DNA from: Alphaproteobacteria bacterium | Lineage (GTDB): Bacteria; Pseudomonadota; Alphaproteobacteria; Micavibrionales; Micavibrionaceae | Length of the DNA: 40,607 bases | Direction: 5' to 3' | Assembly (NCBI GenBank): GCA_046541095.1 | Contig: JBKHDZ010000001.1 | Coordinates: forward strand, 1 to 40,607 | Shown: piece by piece, positions 25,782-33,636 of the stretch | Position numbering within the stretch: the stretch's first letter is position 1 | Layout: each line of letters starts with the position of its first letter | Made by a program: the position numbers and the translations under genes | The notes under the pieces: generated by a model | Databases searched by the model: none | Told to the model about the DNA's origin: nothing | What the model saw: only the letters and a program-made list of their open reading frames with translations

Positions 25782-26567
25782 TTATCGGAGCTGTCCGGCT
25801 GTCTGCATCATTTCATCGGAGGTGGAAATGACATTCGAATTCATTTCATAGGCGCGCTGGGCAGAGATCAGGCGTGTGATTTCTTCCACCACGTTTACAT
25901 TGGATTGTTCCAAAGCGCCCTGACGGATCGCGCCGAACTGGTTTTCACCGGGATTGCCCGTGCTGGCGGCTCCGGAAGCTTCTGTTTCGAGGAAGAGGTT
26001 ATCTCCAACCGCTTCCAGACCAACAGGATTGACAAAAGTAGAAAGCTGTAATTGCCCTAAATTCTGCAGGGCGACTTGTCCTTCAAGCCTTACAAGAACT
26101 TCGCCATTGGCATTGATGTCGATATCGAGGGCGTTTTCAGGAATGGTAATGCCGGGGTCAACGGTATAACCCTGAACAGTCACCAGTTCGCCATTTTCAT
26201 TCATCTGGAATGTGCCATCGCGTGTATAGGCGGTTTGACCGCTTGGAAGCTGGATCTGGAAATACCCTTCACCTGTAATCGCTAGATCCAGCGGGTTTTC
26301 TGTAATCTGGATTGCGCCTTGGCCAACCATTCTATAGACGGCTCCGGTTCTAACACCCAAGCCCATTTGAATACCGGAGGGGACGGTCGTTCCCGCGTCT
26401 GAGCTGGTGGAGCCGGGGCGGTCGATATTCTGGTATATCAAATCCAGAAAGGCCGCGCGCTGGCGTTTAAAGCCGGTAGTGGTCATATTGGCGATGTTGT
26501 TGGAAATTGTATCCACATTCATCTGCTGGGCCATCATGCCCGTTGCGCCGATATCAAGTGATCTCAT
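25782..26567 (-). CDS. flgG: flagellar distal rod protein FlgG
   Basis: MRSLDIGATGMMAQQMNVDTISNNIANMTTTGFKRQRA start and the C-terminal SNVNVVEEITRLISAQRAYEMNSNVISTSDEMMQ. 261 aa. Confidence 0.96.
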   Translation of the reverse strand: MRSLDIGATGMMAQQMNVDTISNNIANMTTTGFKRQRAAFLDLIYQNIDRPGSTSSDAGTTVPSGIQMGLGVRTGAVYRMVGQGAIQITENPLDLAITGEGYFQIQLPSGQTAYTRDGTFQMNENGELVTVQGYTVDPGITIPENALDIDINANGEVLVRLEGQVALQNLGQLQLSTFVNPVGLEAVGDNLFLETEASGAASTGNPGENQFGAIRQGALEQSNVNVVEEITRLISAQRAYEMNSNVISTSDEMMQTAGQLR

Positions 26568-26597
26568 GGTTTTTCTCCTTGTTTATTCTTCTATAAA

Positions 26598-27323
26598 TTA
26601 AACTTTGGTCAGTTTTTGTATGGCTTTTAAAAGCCTCTCATTTTCCTTGCTCATCGAGCTTTGGATGGATTGAAAAGAGCGCGACACTTCGATAAGCCTC
26701 GTCATTTCGATGATGGAATTCACATTTGATCCTTCGATATACCCTTGCTTGACCTTTGTCTGTGTGGCGGGGTTGGCCACCGCATCGGTGGTGTAAAGGT
26801 TATTTCCAAAGGCCTCTAATTCTTGCACATTTTCAAATTCCACAATCTGGATGCGCCCGATCTGGCCGTTTTGCGTGGAAATAACGCCTTTATCATCAAT
26901 TTTTATTTCAGTGGCATCGGCAGGGATGTTGATGGGGGCGCCGCCTTCATCCACAACCGGAAAATTGCCCGACGTCATCAATGTGCCATCAACGCCGATA
27001 TGCAAATTTCCGGCGCGGCTATAGGTGGGCGCTTCACCCGGCCCATCAACACCGAAAAAGCCGGGACCGACAAGCGCAATATCAAATGGATTATTGGTCT
27101 GCTCGACGGGGCCTTCGTCGGTGTTCTGGTATTGGCCGCGGTCATATACAAAAGACATGGGATCGGCCTGATTGTTTTTCGGATCGGAAATATATTCCAT
27201 GAACATAAGGTTCTGCGCCCGAAATCCGGGTGTGTTCATATTGGCAATATTATTGGCGGTAATCGACATATTGTTCCGAAGAACCATTTGCCGGGATAAA
27301 CCGATATAAAGGCTGTTTTCCAT
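26598..27323 (-). CDS. flgF: flagellar proximal rod protein FlgF
   Basis: MENSLYIGLSRQMVLRNNMSITANNIANMNTPGFR and the C-terminal SNVNSIIEMTRLIEVSRSFQS. 241 aa, upstream of flgG. Confidence 0.9.
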   Translation of the reverse strand: MENSLYIGLSRQMVLRNNMSITANNIANMNTPGFRAQNLMFMEYISDPKNNQADPMSFVYDRGQYQNTDEGPVEQTNNPFDIALVGPGFFGVDGPGEAPTYSRAGNLHIGVDGTLMTSGNFPVVDEGGAPINIPADATEIKIDDKGVISTQNGQIGRIQIVEFENVQELEAFGNNLYTTDAVANPATQTKVKQGYIEGSNVNSIIEMTRLIEVSRSFQSIQSSMSKENERLLKAIQKLTKV

Positions 27324-27402
27324 TTTCGTTATCCTTTACCCAAGAATTATTTTCTTTTTTTATGTCTGCGATTATTGTTCGCATCTTTTCGGTAATGGGC
27401 TT

Positions 27403-27418
27403 TGCATATGCCGTGCCA
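27403..27418 (-). promoter_or_regulatory. sigma54 (-24/-12) promoter candidate for flgF-flgG-flgA-flgH
   Basis: Minus strand reads TGGCAC-ggcat-ATGCA, 79 nt upstream of the flgF ATG. Confidence 0.65.
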
Positions 27419-27676
27419 AATTGTAAAAACTATTTATATCAATAACTTAAGGGCATAGCATTGAATGCGGCAGGCGCGGATTTATATCTGTTTAGAGGGT
27501 AAAAGAGGATAATATACTGGGCAGGATGGTAATTATTTCCCTGTGCGTTTTACCCGCTACAGCCTTTAGTGCGGGATAAAGATGCCGCTTTTTTGCGAGA
27601 ACCGTTTTTTTTGCCTTTATAATGCTTTAATATAAAAGGGTTATGATTGCCCTTAATCACCAAGAGAAGAAATCTT

Positions 27677-28300
27677 ATGTCTGATGAAGAACTCAATGAA
27701 GAAGCGCAAGGCCTGAATGAGGATGGTGCCGCAGAGGGCGGTGACGATCAGGGCGGCGATGAAGGCGGTGGCTTTAACGCCAAGAAGGTTATTTTATTTG
27801 TTGTCTTGCCGTTGCTTTTGCTGGCCGGTGTTGGCGGCGGCCTTTATTTCTCGGGCTTTCTTGATTCTTACCTCGGTAAGGAAGAATGCGTGGAAGAAAT
27901 CGGAGAAGATGGCGAGGTGGTCACCTCCTGCCCCGAAGAAGAGGAGTACGCAGAAGAGGATCAAAGTGATTATGATGATGGCGGGGAAGGAAAAGGCGGC
28001 GCTTTTATCGAGATGCCCACGATGATTGTGAATTTAAGCGAGGAAGATGGCACGCCGCGTTATTTGCGCCTGACCGTGCAGCTTGAATTGGCAAATCCTG
28101 CGGATTCACAAAAGGTCGAAGCGGTTATGCCGCGCGTGGTTGATCAATTCCAGACCTATTTACGGGAATTGCGGGTCAAGGATCTGCGCGGATCGGCCGG
28201 AATTTACAGGCTTCAGATGGAATTATTGTGGCGTGTAAACCAGGCGGCCAAGCCGATTGAAGTGAAAGACGTTTTGTTTCAGGAAATTTTGATACAATAA
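27677..28300 (+). CDS. fliL: flagellar basal-body-associated protein FliL with acidic N-terminal and post-TM inserts
   Basis: I prefer the ATG at 27677 (the ORF-track TTG is at 27647). One TM segment, then the FliL domain FIEMPTMIVNLSEEDGTPRYLRLTVQLEL...FQTYLRELRVKDL. Confidence 0.85.
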   Translation: MSDEELNEEAQGLNEDGAAEGGDDQGGDEGGGFNAKKVILFVVLPLLLLAGVGGGLYFSGFLDSYLGKEECVEEIGEDGEVVTSCPEEEEYAEEDQSDYDDGGEGKGGAFIEMPTMIVNLSEEDGTPRYLRLTVQLELANPADSQKVEAVMPRVVDQFQTYLRELRVKDLRGSAGIYRLQMELLWRVNQAAKPIEVKDVLFQEILIQ

Positions 28301-28386
28301 TGGTATAATAGAAAGTGTAGAATAAAAAAGGCACGATACTTGCTTAATAAAAGCGAGGAATAAATTAAACAAAGGTAAACAGCCAG

Positions 28387-29508
28387 ATGAGCGATACGTC
28401 CACGGATGAGCTCGAACAAATGAGCGATGAAGAAAAGGCCATGATGGAGGAATGGGAGACCATGGCCGAGGATTCTGACGACTCGGCGGAAGATGCGGTG
28501 CCGGAGTTCGATGGCGGGTTCGGGGATGATGATGGCGGCACGCGCATTCTTAATCAGGACGAGATCGACTCGCTTTTGGGCTTTGATGATGACAGTGGCT
28601 CGGAAGGGGAAACCTCCGGCGTAATGGCGCTGATCAATTCCGCGATGGTGAACTATGAACGTTTGCCGATGCTGGATATTGTTTTTGACCGCCTTGTGCG
28701 CTTGATGTCCACCTCGTTGCGGAACTTAACCTCAGATAACGTTGAGGTTTCTCTGGATCAGGTTTCGACTGTTCGTTTTGGCGATTACATGAACTCTATC
28801 CCCTTGCCGGCGATGCTTTCGGTATTCAAAGCCGAGGAATGGGATAATAACGGGCTTTTGGTTACGGATTCAGCCCTGATTTATTCGATTGTCGATGTTT
28901 TGCTCGGCGGGCGTAAAGGCACGCCCTCTATCCGTGTGGAAGGGCGCCCATATACTACGATTGAAAGCAAGCTGGTTGAAAAAATGGTGCAGGTGACTTT
29001 GGGCGATTTGTCATCGGCCTTTGATCCGTTGGCGCCGGTCAGTTTCTCCTTGGACCGCGTTGAAACAAACCCGCGTTTTGCCACGATATCGCAAAGCGGC
29101 AATGCTTGCGTTCTTGCGCGTTTGCGCGTGGATATGGGCGATCGCGGCGGGCGCATTGAAATTCTTATTCCTTATGCGACCTTGGAGCCGATCCGTGAAC
29201 TTCTCTTGCAAATGTTTATGGGAGAAAAATTTGGCCGCGATTCTATCTGGGAAAACCACTTAACGCAGGAACTTTATAAAACCGATATTCAATTACAGGC
29301 TGTTCTGGGCGAGTTAACACTGCCTTTGCACGATTTGATGAATTGGAAAATCGGCACGCAAGTCTTTTTTAATACCACCACCGACGAGGATTTGGAAATG
29401 CGGTGCGGCGACTTCCCCATGTTCAAGGGGCCGGTTGGCCAGAAACAGGGACATATTGCCTTGAGGATCGAGCGATATATCCCCCCTGAAACCGACGATG
29501 AGGAATAA
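28387..29508 (+). CDS. fliM: flagellar motor switch protein FliM with a ~50-aa acidic N-terminal extension
   Basis: CheY-binding peptide ILNQDEIDSLLGF at residues 54-66, FliM middle domain, and a C-terminal SpoA domain. 373 aa. Confidence 0.95.
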   Translation: MSDTSTDELEQMSDEEKAMMEEWETMAEDSDDSAEDAVPEFDGGFGDDDGGTRILNQDEIDSLLGFDDDSGSEGETSGVMALINSAMVNYERLPMLDIVFDRLVRLMSTSLRNLTSDNVEVSLDQVSTVRFGDYMNSIPLPAMLSVFKAEEWDNNGLLVTDSALIYSIVDVLLGGRKGTPSIRVEGRPYTTIESKLVEKMVQVTLGDLSSAFDPLAPVSFSLDRVETNPRFATISQSGNACVLARLRVDMGDRGGRIEILIPYATLEPIRELLLQMFMGEKFGRDSIWENHLTQELYKTDIQLQAVLGELTLPLHDLMNWKIGTQVFFNTTTDEDLEMRCGDFPMFKGPVGQKQGHIALRIERYIPPETDDEE

Positions 29509-29519
29509 TTAAGAGTATT

Positions 29520-30143
29520 ATGCTGAGTTTATTACTGGATGTTTTGGTTCTGATCGGATTGGGGGTGACAATATATTATTGTATGCGCCTGTCTAAAAGT
29601 TTGAATAATTTTCGTCAATACAGGCAGGAATTCAATAGCTTGTTACAGGAATTATCCCGCAATATCGATAAGGCGCAAAAGGCTATTTCGCAATTAAAAG
29701 ATAGCAGTTTCGAGGCGGGTGAGGATTTGCAAAAAGTTATCAATAACTCACGCAATCTGGCCGATGAATTGCAATTAATGAACGATATGGGCAATGCGCT
29801 GGCTAACCGGCTGGAGCGTTTATCCGAGCAGGGTCGCCAGCGTGGTGACAATAAATCTGGTGATGATGAAGACAATCCGTCCTTTAGCAAACGAAGCGTC
29901 GGAAAGCGGGGCGCCACATCATCGCCCGCAGGCCGCAGGCCCTCTGCCGCGGCACGCCCCGAGAAGACTCCGAGCTTTTTCATACAAGACCGCGAATTTG
30001 AACAAGGCGGCGCCAGTGTGGCTGTGGACGAATATCTTATGGATGATAGCGAAGACGATGAAGAGGATAGCGCCTTTCAAAGTCAGGCCGAAAAAGAGCT
30101 TTTCGAGGCTCTTCGTAAAAATAACAAGGGAAAAGCGCTGTAA
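29520..30143 (+). CDS. single-pass membrane coiled-coil protein of unknown function; from memory it resembles the alphaproteobacterial family that follows fliM (possibly DUF6468), unverified
   Basis: N-terminal TM (LLLDVLVLIGLGVTIYYCM), a coiled coil, a basic/Ser-rich linker and an acidic tail. 11 nt after the fliM stop. Confidence 0.6.
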   Translation: MLSLLLDVLVLIGLGVTIYYCMRLSKSLNNFRQYRQEFNSLLQELSRNIDKAQKAISQLKDSSFEAGEDLQKVINNSRNLADELQLMNDMGNALANRLERLSEQGRQRGDNKSGDDEDNPSFSKRSVGKRGATSSPAGRRPSAAARPEKTPSFFIQDREFEQGGASVAVDEYLMDDSEDDEEDSAFQSQAEKELFEALRKNNKGKAL

Positions 30144-30168
30144 TATTTCCGGCGCTGTTTAGCAGATT

Positions 30169-30894
30169 ATGAGCGAACGTTTACGAATATTACCGATATT
30201 GATTGTGGTGGCCATGCTGGCATTTTCCGTGCGCGTGGTGGAGGTATTCGTTGGCGTGCGCAATCTTTCGGGCGCGGCGATTGCAGCGGCGGATAATAAC
30301 ACTGCAGAGACGAAATCAGATGCAACGCAAAGCGATGAAAACCAGTCGATGGTTGTGGCGCAAAATGAGATGGGCGATGATCAGGATAGCATGGCTTCCG
30401 AGTCGCCCGGTGAACTGGAACCACCGCCGATGGATGCGGATAAATGGCGCGATGCGTCAGATTCCAATTTTGATACGACAGGCGTGCGTATGGAAATGTT
30501 CAAGGATTTATCTGCGCGCCGTGAAGAATTGGAAAAGCGCGAACGCATCATCGTAACACGCGAGGCATTGTTAAAAGCCGCCGAACAGGAATTAGAGCGC
30601 AAATATCAGGAAATGTCGGCCTTGCGCACAGAAATCGAAAGCCTGCTTGAAAAACAATCTGTAGAAGAGCAGGCGCGTATTCAAAGCCTTGTAAAAATAT
30701 ACGAGGGTATGAAGCCCAAAGAAGCGGCGCGTATTTTTGATACGCTTGATCTGGATGTTCTGGTCAATGTCATGTCCTTGATGTCAGAGCGCAGATTATC
30801 GCCGATTTTGGCCTCTATGAACCCTGAACGCGCCCGCACCGTGACCATCATGTTAGCCGAAGATAAGAAGCTCCCCGAGCTTCCTGAGAATTAA
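30169..30894 (+). CDS. motE: MotE/FlbB-like flagellar protein (MgtE-N-type helical domain)
   Basis: N-terminal TM or signal anchor and a coiled coil. C-terminal IQSLVKIYEGMKPKEAARIFDTLDLDVLVNVMSLMSERRLSPILASMNPERA, typical of the MotE/MgtE_N family. Confidence 0.72.
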   Translation: MSERLRILPILIVVAMLAFSVRVVEVFVGVRNLSGAAIAAADNNTAETKSDATQSDENQSMVVAQNEMGDDQDSMASESPGELEPPPMDADKWRDASDSNFDTTGVRMEMFKDLSARREELEKRERIIVTREALLKAAEQELERKYQEMSALRTEIESLLEKQSVEEQARIQSLVKIYEGMKPKEAARIFDTLDLDVLVNVMSLMSERRLSPILASMNPERARTVTIMLAEDKKLPELPEN

Positions 30895-31011
30895 AAGCGC
30901 TGTCTTTTTCTTTAAAATCCAATAAAATATTTTTTGCTTAGAATTCTTTAAGATTATCCAGAGATAATAATTGTTGCAAAGCCGCAATCACGGGTAGGAG
31001 GATGAAACACC

Positions 31012-31401
31012 ATGGCTGTTGATAAAAATATGAATGTATTGATCGTGGATGATTACAATACGATGTTGCGTATCATGAAAAACCTTCTCAAACAACTTGG
31101 ATTTAACAATATCGACGAAGCCACGGATGGAACTATGGCGCTGGATAAGGTGAACCAGAAACCTTACGGACTTATTATATCCGATTGGAATATGGAGCCG
31201 ATGACAGGGCTTGATTTGCTGAAAAATATCCGAGCATCCGGCGGTGCCAATACCAACGTGCCTTTCATTATGGTCACAGCCGAAAGTAAAACCGAAAACG
31301 TGATTGCCGCCAAAAAGGCGGGTGTTGATAATTACATTGTGAAACCCTTTAATGCGGAAACACTTAAAGGCAAAATGACTTCGGTTCTTGGCGATTTTTA
31401 A
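31012..31401 (+). CDS. cheY: chemotaxis response regulator CheY
   Basis: 129 aa single receiver domain. Acidic pocket VDD, phospho-acceptor SDWNM, TAES, and KPF. Confidence 0.95.
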   Translation: MAVDKNMNVLIVDDYNTMLRIMKNLLKQLGFNNIDEATDGTMALDKVNQKPYGLIISDWNMEPMTGLDLLKNIRASGGANTNVPFIMVTAESKTENVIAAKKAGVDNYIVKPFNAETLKGKMTSVLGDF

Positions 31402-31419
31402 AAATAAAATTGTTAGTGA

Positions 31420-32040
31420 ATGGCGAGGGGGAGAATAAACGTGCCAGCCTATGAAAAAGATCAGGTTCTGAAAATTATCAATTCCGTCATTGATAAAATC
31501 GGAAGAAATTCTGATTTTCCCAGAGATGCGATTTATTCCGAATTATCCGAGCTTAAGAAAATTATTGATACGGCCAAAGCGGATATTGGGTCGGTGCGGC
31601 CTTCGGATATTACCGATACGCATATCCCGATTGCCACGGATGAGCTGGATGCTGTTGTGGAGGCAACTGCAGAGGCCACAGGCCATATAATGGATGCGTG
31701 CGAGGTTATTGAAGAAAAGGCGGGCGCTATAGGCGGGGACAATGGTGATATTATTTGCGCTGAAGTCACCAAAATTTATGAAGCCTGTTCATTTCAGGAT
31801 ATTACAGGACAGCGCATTACCAAGGTAGTCGGCGCCTTGAAAGATATCGAAACCAAGGTGAATATTTTGCTGGATATTTTGAGCAATAAAATGCCGGGCC
31901 TGCCTGATTCTTCCGACAATAGCCCTGCAAAGACTCCGCCCTCCACCATCAAAGATGATGATCTTTTGAACGGGCCGCAAATGCCTGATAAAGCCATTAC
32001 GCAGGATGATATTGATAAATTGCTTGCCGAATTTGATTGA
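31420..32040 (+). CDS. cheZ: CheY-P phosphatase CheZ
   Basis: Catalytic motif SFQDITGQRITKV (D...Q). C-terminal CheY-docking peptide TQDDIDKLLAEFD. Start could be the GTG at 31441, which has a GGGGGAG Shine-Dalgarno. Confidence 0.8.
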   Translation: MARGRINVPAYEKDQVLKIINSVIDKIGRNSDFPRDAIYSELSELKKIIDTAKADIGSVRPSDITDTHIPIATDELDAVVEATAEATGHIMDACEVIEEKAGAIGGDNGDIICAEVTKIYEACSFQDITGQRITKVVGALKDIETKVNILLDILSNKMPGLPDSSDNSPAKTPPSTIKDDDLLNGPQMPDKAITQDDIDKLLAEFD

Positions 32041-32134
32041 TAGTATTTGAGTGAAATTTCAGGCCGCAGCGATCATAATTTATGCTATAATAAAGCGTTA
32101 AATCTTTTATTAAACCTGTAAGGTTTGCAATATC

Positions 32135-32812
32135 ATGGCCAATCAATATCTGGCACTTTCGCTTTTTATCATGCTGCTCTCTTTTTTCATCATTTTGAAC
32201 AGCATGTCCGATTTTGAAGAAGTTAAAGCCGATCCGGTTTTATCCAGCCTGAATATGGCGTTTTCATCCGCCGCGGTGGATAAGGAGCGCGAGCGCCCGT
32301 CTGTAAAAATTACCGAAGATGTAAGCAGTCAGGAGGGCAATACGCTGGATAAAATCAAAGGCTTGTTTGAAAATAATATAACCAATTTTAAAGTGGCACA
32401 AAACCGTTTTGGTACGGAAATGCGCATTGTTTTAAGCTTGGAGGAATTCGAGCAAGCCTTGCAATCAACCGAAGAATTGCTGCTTTCCGATTCTGCCGAT
32501 GCGGGCGAGAATACATTTTTATCCACGCTTGTTACTTTGGTTCTCTCCGAAGAAACAGGTGTGCCTTACCGCATGGATATGATTTTGGCCACTGGCGAGG
32601 AGCCGTCTGTCTTGCGTAATCAATCGCCTGAAGTTTTGCGCGATTATACAGCTAAAGCGTCTTCTTTTGCCGGGTTTTTGGAAGGGCAGGGGTTGCCGCA
32701 GCGCTTTATCAGTACTGGGCTTGCGGGCGGTGAGAAAAATCAGGTGCATTTATTGTTCCGCCAATATGAGCCTGTCACCCTGGGGTTAAATGAAAGGGCG
32801 CAGGATCTATGA
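32135..32812 (+). CDS. membrane-anchored protein with a MotB-like TM helix, but no conserved Asp and no OmpA domain
   Basis: MANQYLALSLFIMLLSFFIILNSMS resembles the MotB TM (..ADxMTxMMxFFxxL), with Ala/Leu where the Asp sits. The stop overlaps the motB start (ATGA). Confidence 0.55.
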   Translation: MANQYLALSLFIMLLSFFIILNSMSDFEEVKADPVLSSLNMAFSSAAVDKERERPSVKITEDVSSQEGNTLDKIKGLFENNITNFKVAQNRFGTEMRIVLSLEEFEQALQSTEELLLSDSADAGENTFLSTLVTLVLSEETGVPYRMDMILATGEEPSVLRNQSPEVLRDYTAKASSFAGFLEGQGLPQRFISTGLAGGEKNQVHLLFRQYEPVTLGLNERAQDL

Positions 32813-33624
32813 GCGAGCGCGATAAAAGAGAAAAAGATGCAATAGAGCCTTTGCCGCAGGCTACCCAGCTACCGGCTTATAAACGCTATGCCTCGCATTG
32901 CGATGAGGAAGAGGCCATTGCCCCTTTATGGCTGATTACCTTTACAGATGTTATGGCGCTCATGCTGACCTTTTTTGTGTTGCTGTATTCTATGGCCATG
33001 CCAGAGGTGGAAAAATGGTCGGAATTGACCGCCGCCGTAAACCGGAATTTCGGTAAAAGCTATGCGCCCGTCTTTAACGAAGGGAGCCGCGAGAGCATAT
33101 CCATTGATAAAATCAGCACAACAAGAGCGCTGGATCTGGGCTACCTGGAATCGGTCGTACGTGGTGCTATTGGCGGCAATGAATGGAGCAAGGACCTTGT
33201 TATTTTCCCGCAAAAAGACAGGCTTGTTGTGTCCATGCCCAATGATTTGTTTTTTGAAAGCGGTAGCGCTGACGTCCAAACAGACGGTAAGAAAATTCTG
33301 TTTGAGATTGGCGGCGTTCTCCAGCGCATTCAAAATGCTGTAGAAATTGTCGGCCATGCCGACCCGCGCCCGATAGAAAACCCGCAAAGCGCTTTCAAGG
33401 ATAATTGGGACTTATCGCTGGCCCGCGCGATGAGCGTTTCGGCAGTGCTGGAAAATGTGGGCTATACCAAACCCCATATTACCCGCGCCATGGCCAGTGC
33501 GCGCTATGCCGACCTGCCCGAGGATATGGAAGAGAGCAAAAAACTGGCTTTGTCGCGCCGTGTCGATATTGTAATCTTAAATAGCAAAACGCCCGGAAAT
33601 TCGTTTTTTGGCATGAAATTATAG
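32809..33624 (+). CDS. motB: flagellar stator protein MotB (OmpA-like peptidoglycan-binding C-terminal domain)
   Basis: TM with conserved Asp (WLITFTDVMALMLTFFVLLYSM). OmpA-like domain (VEIVGHADPRP...NWDLSLARAMSVSAVL...SRRVDIVIL). Confidence 0.9.
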   Translation: MSERDKREKDAIEPLPQATQLPAYKRYASHCDEEEAIAPLWLITFTDVMALMLTFFVLLYSMAMPEVEKWSELTAAVNRNFGKSYAPVFNEGSRESISIDKISTTRALDLGYLESVVRGAIGGNEWSKDLVIFPQKDRLVVSMPNDLFFESGSADVQTDGKKILFEIGGVLQRIQNAVEIVGHADPRPIENPQSAFKDNWDLSLARAMSVSAVLENVGYTKPHITRAMASARYADLPEDMEESKKLALSRRVDIVILNSKTPGNSFFGMKL

Positions 33625-33636
33625 GTTTAAAATTTT

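Noticed and set aside
27588-27603. Sigma54-like string TGCCGCttttttGCGA upstream of fliL.
   Set aside because: The -24 GG is replaced by GC, and the -12 GC is shifted by one position relative to consensus spacing. A weak sigma70-like TTGCGA-N19-TATAAT at 27592-27623 is also unconvincing because of the 19-nt spacer.
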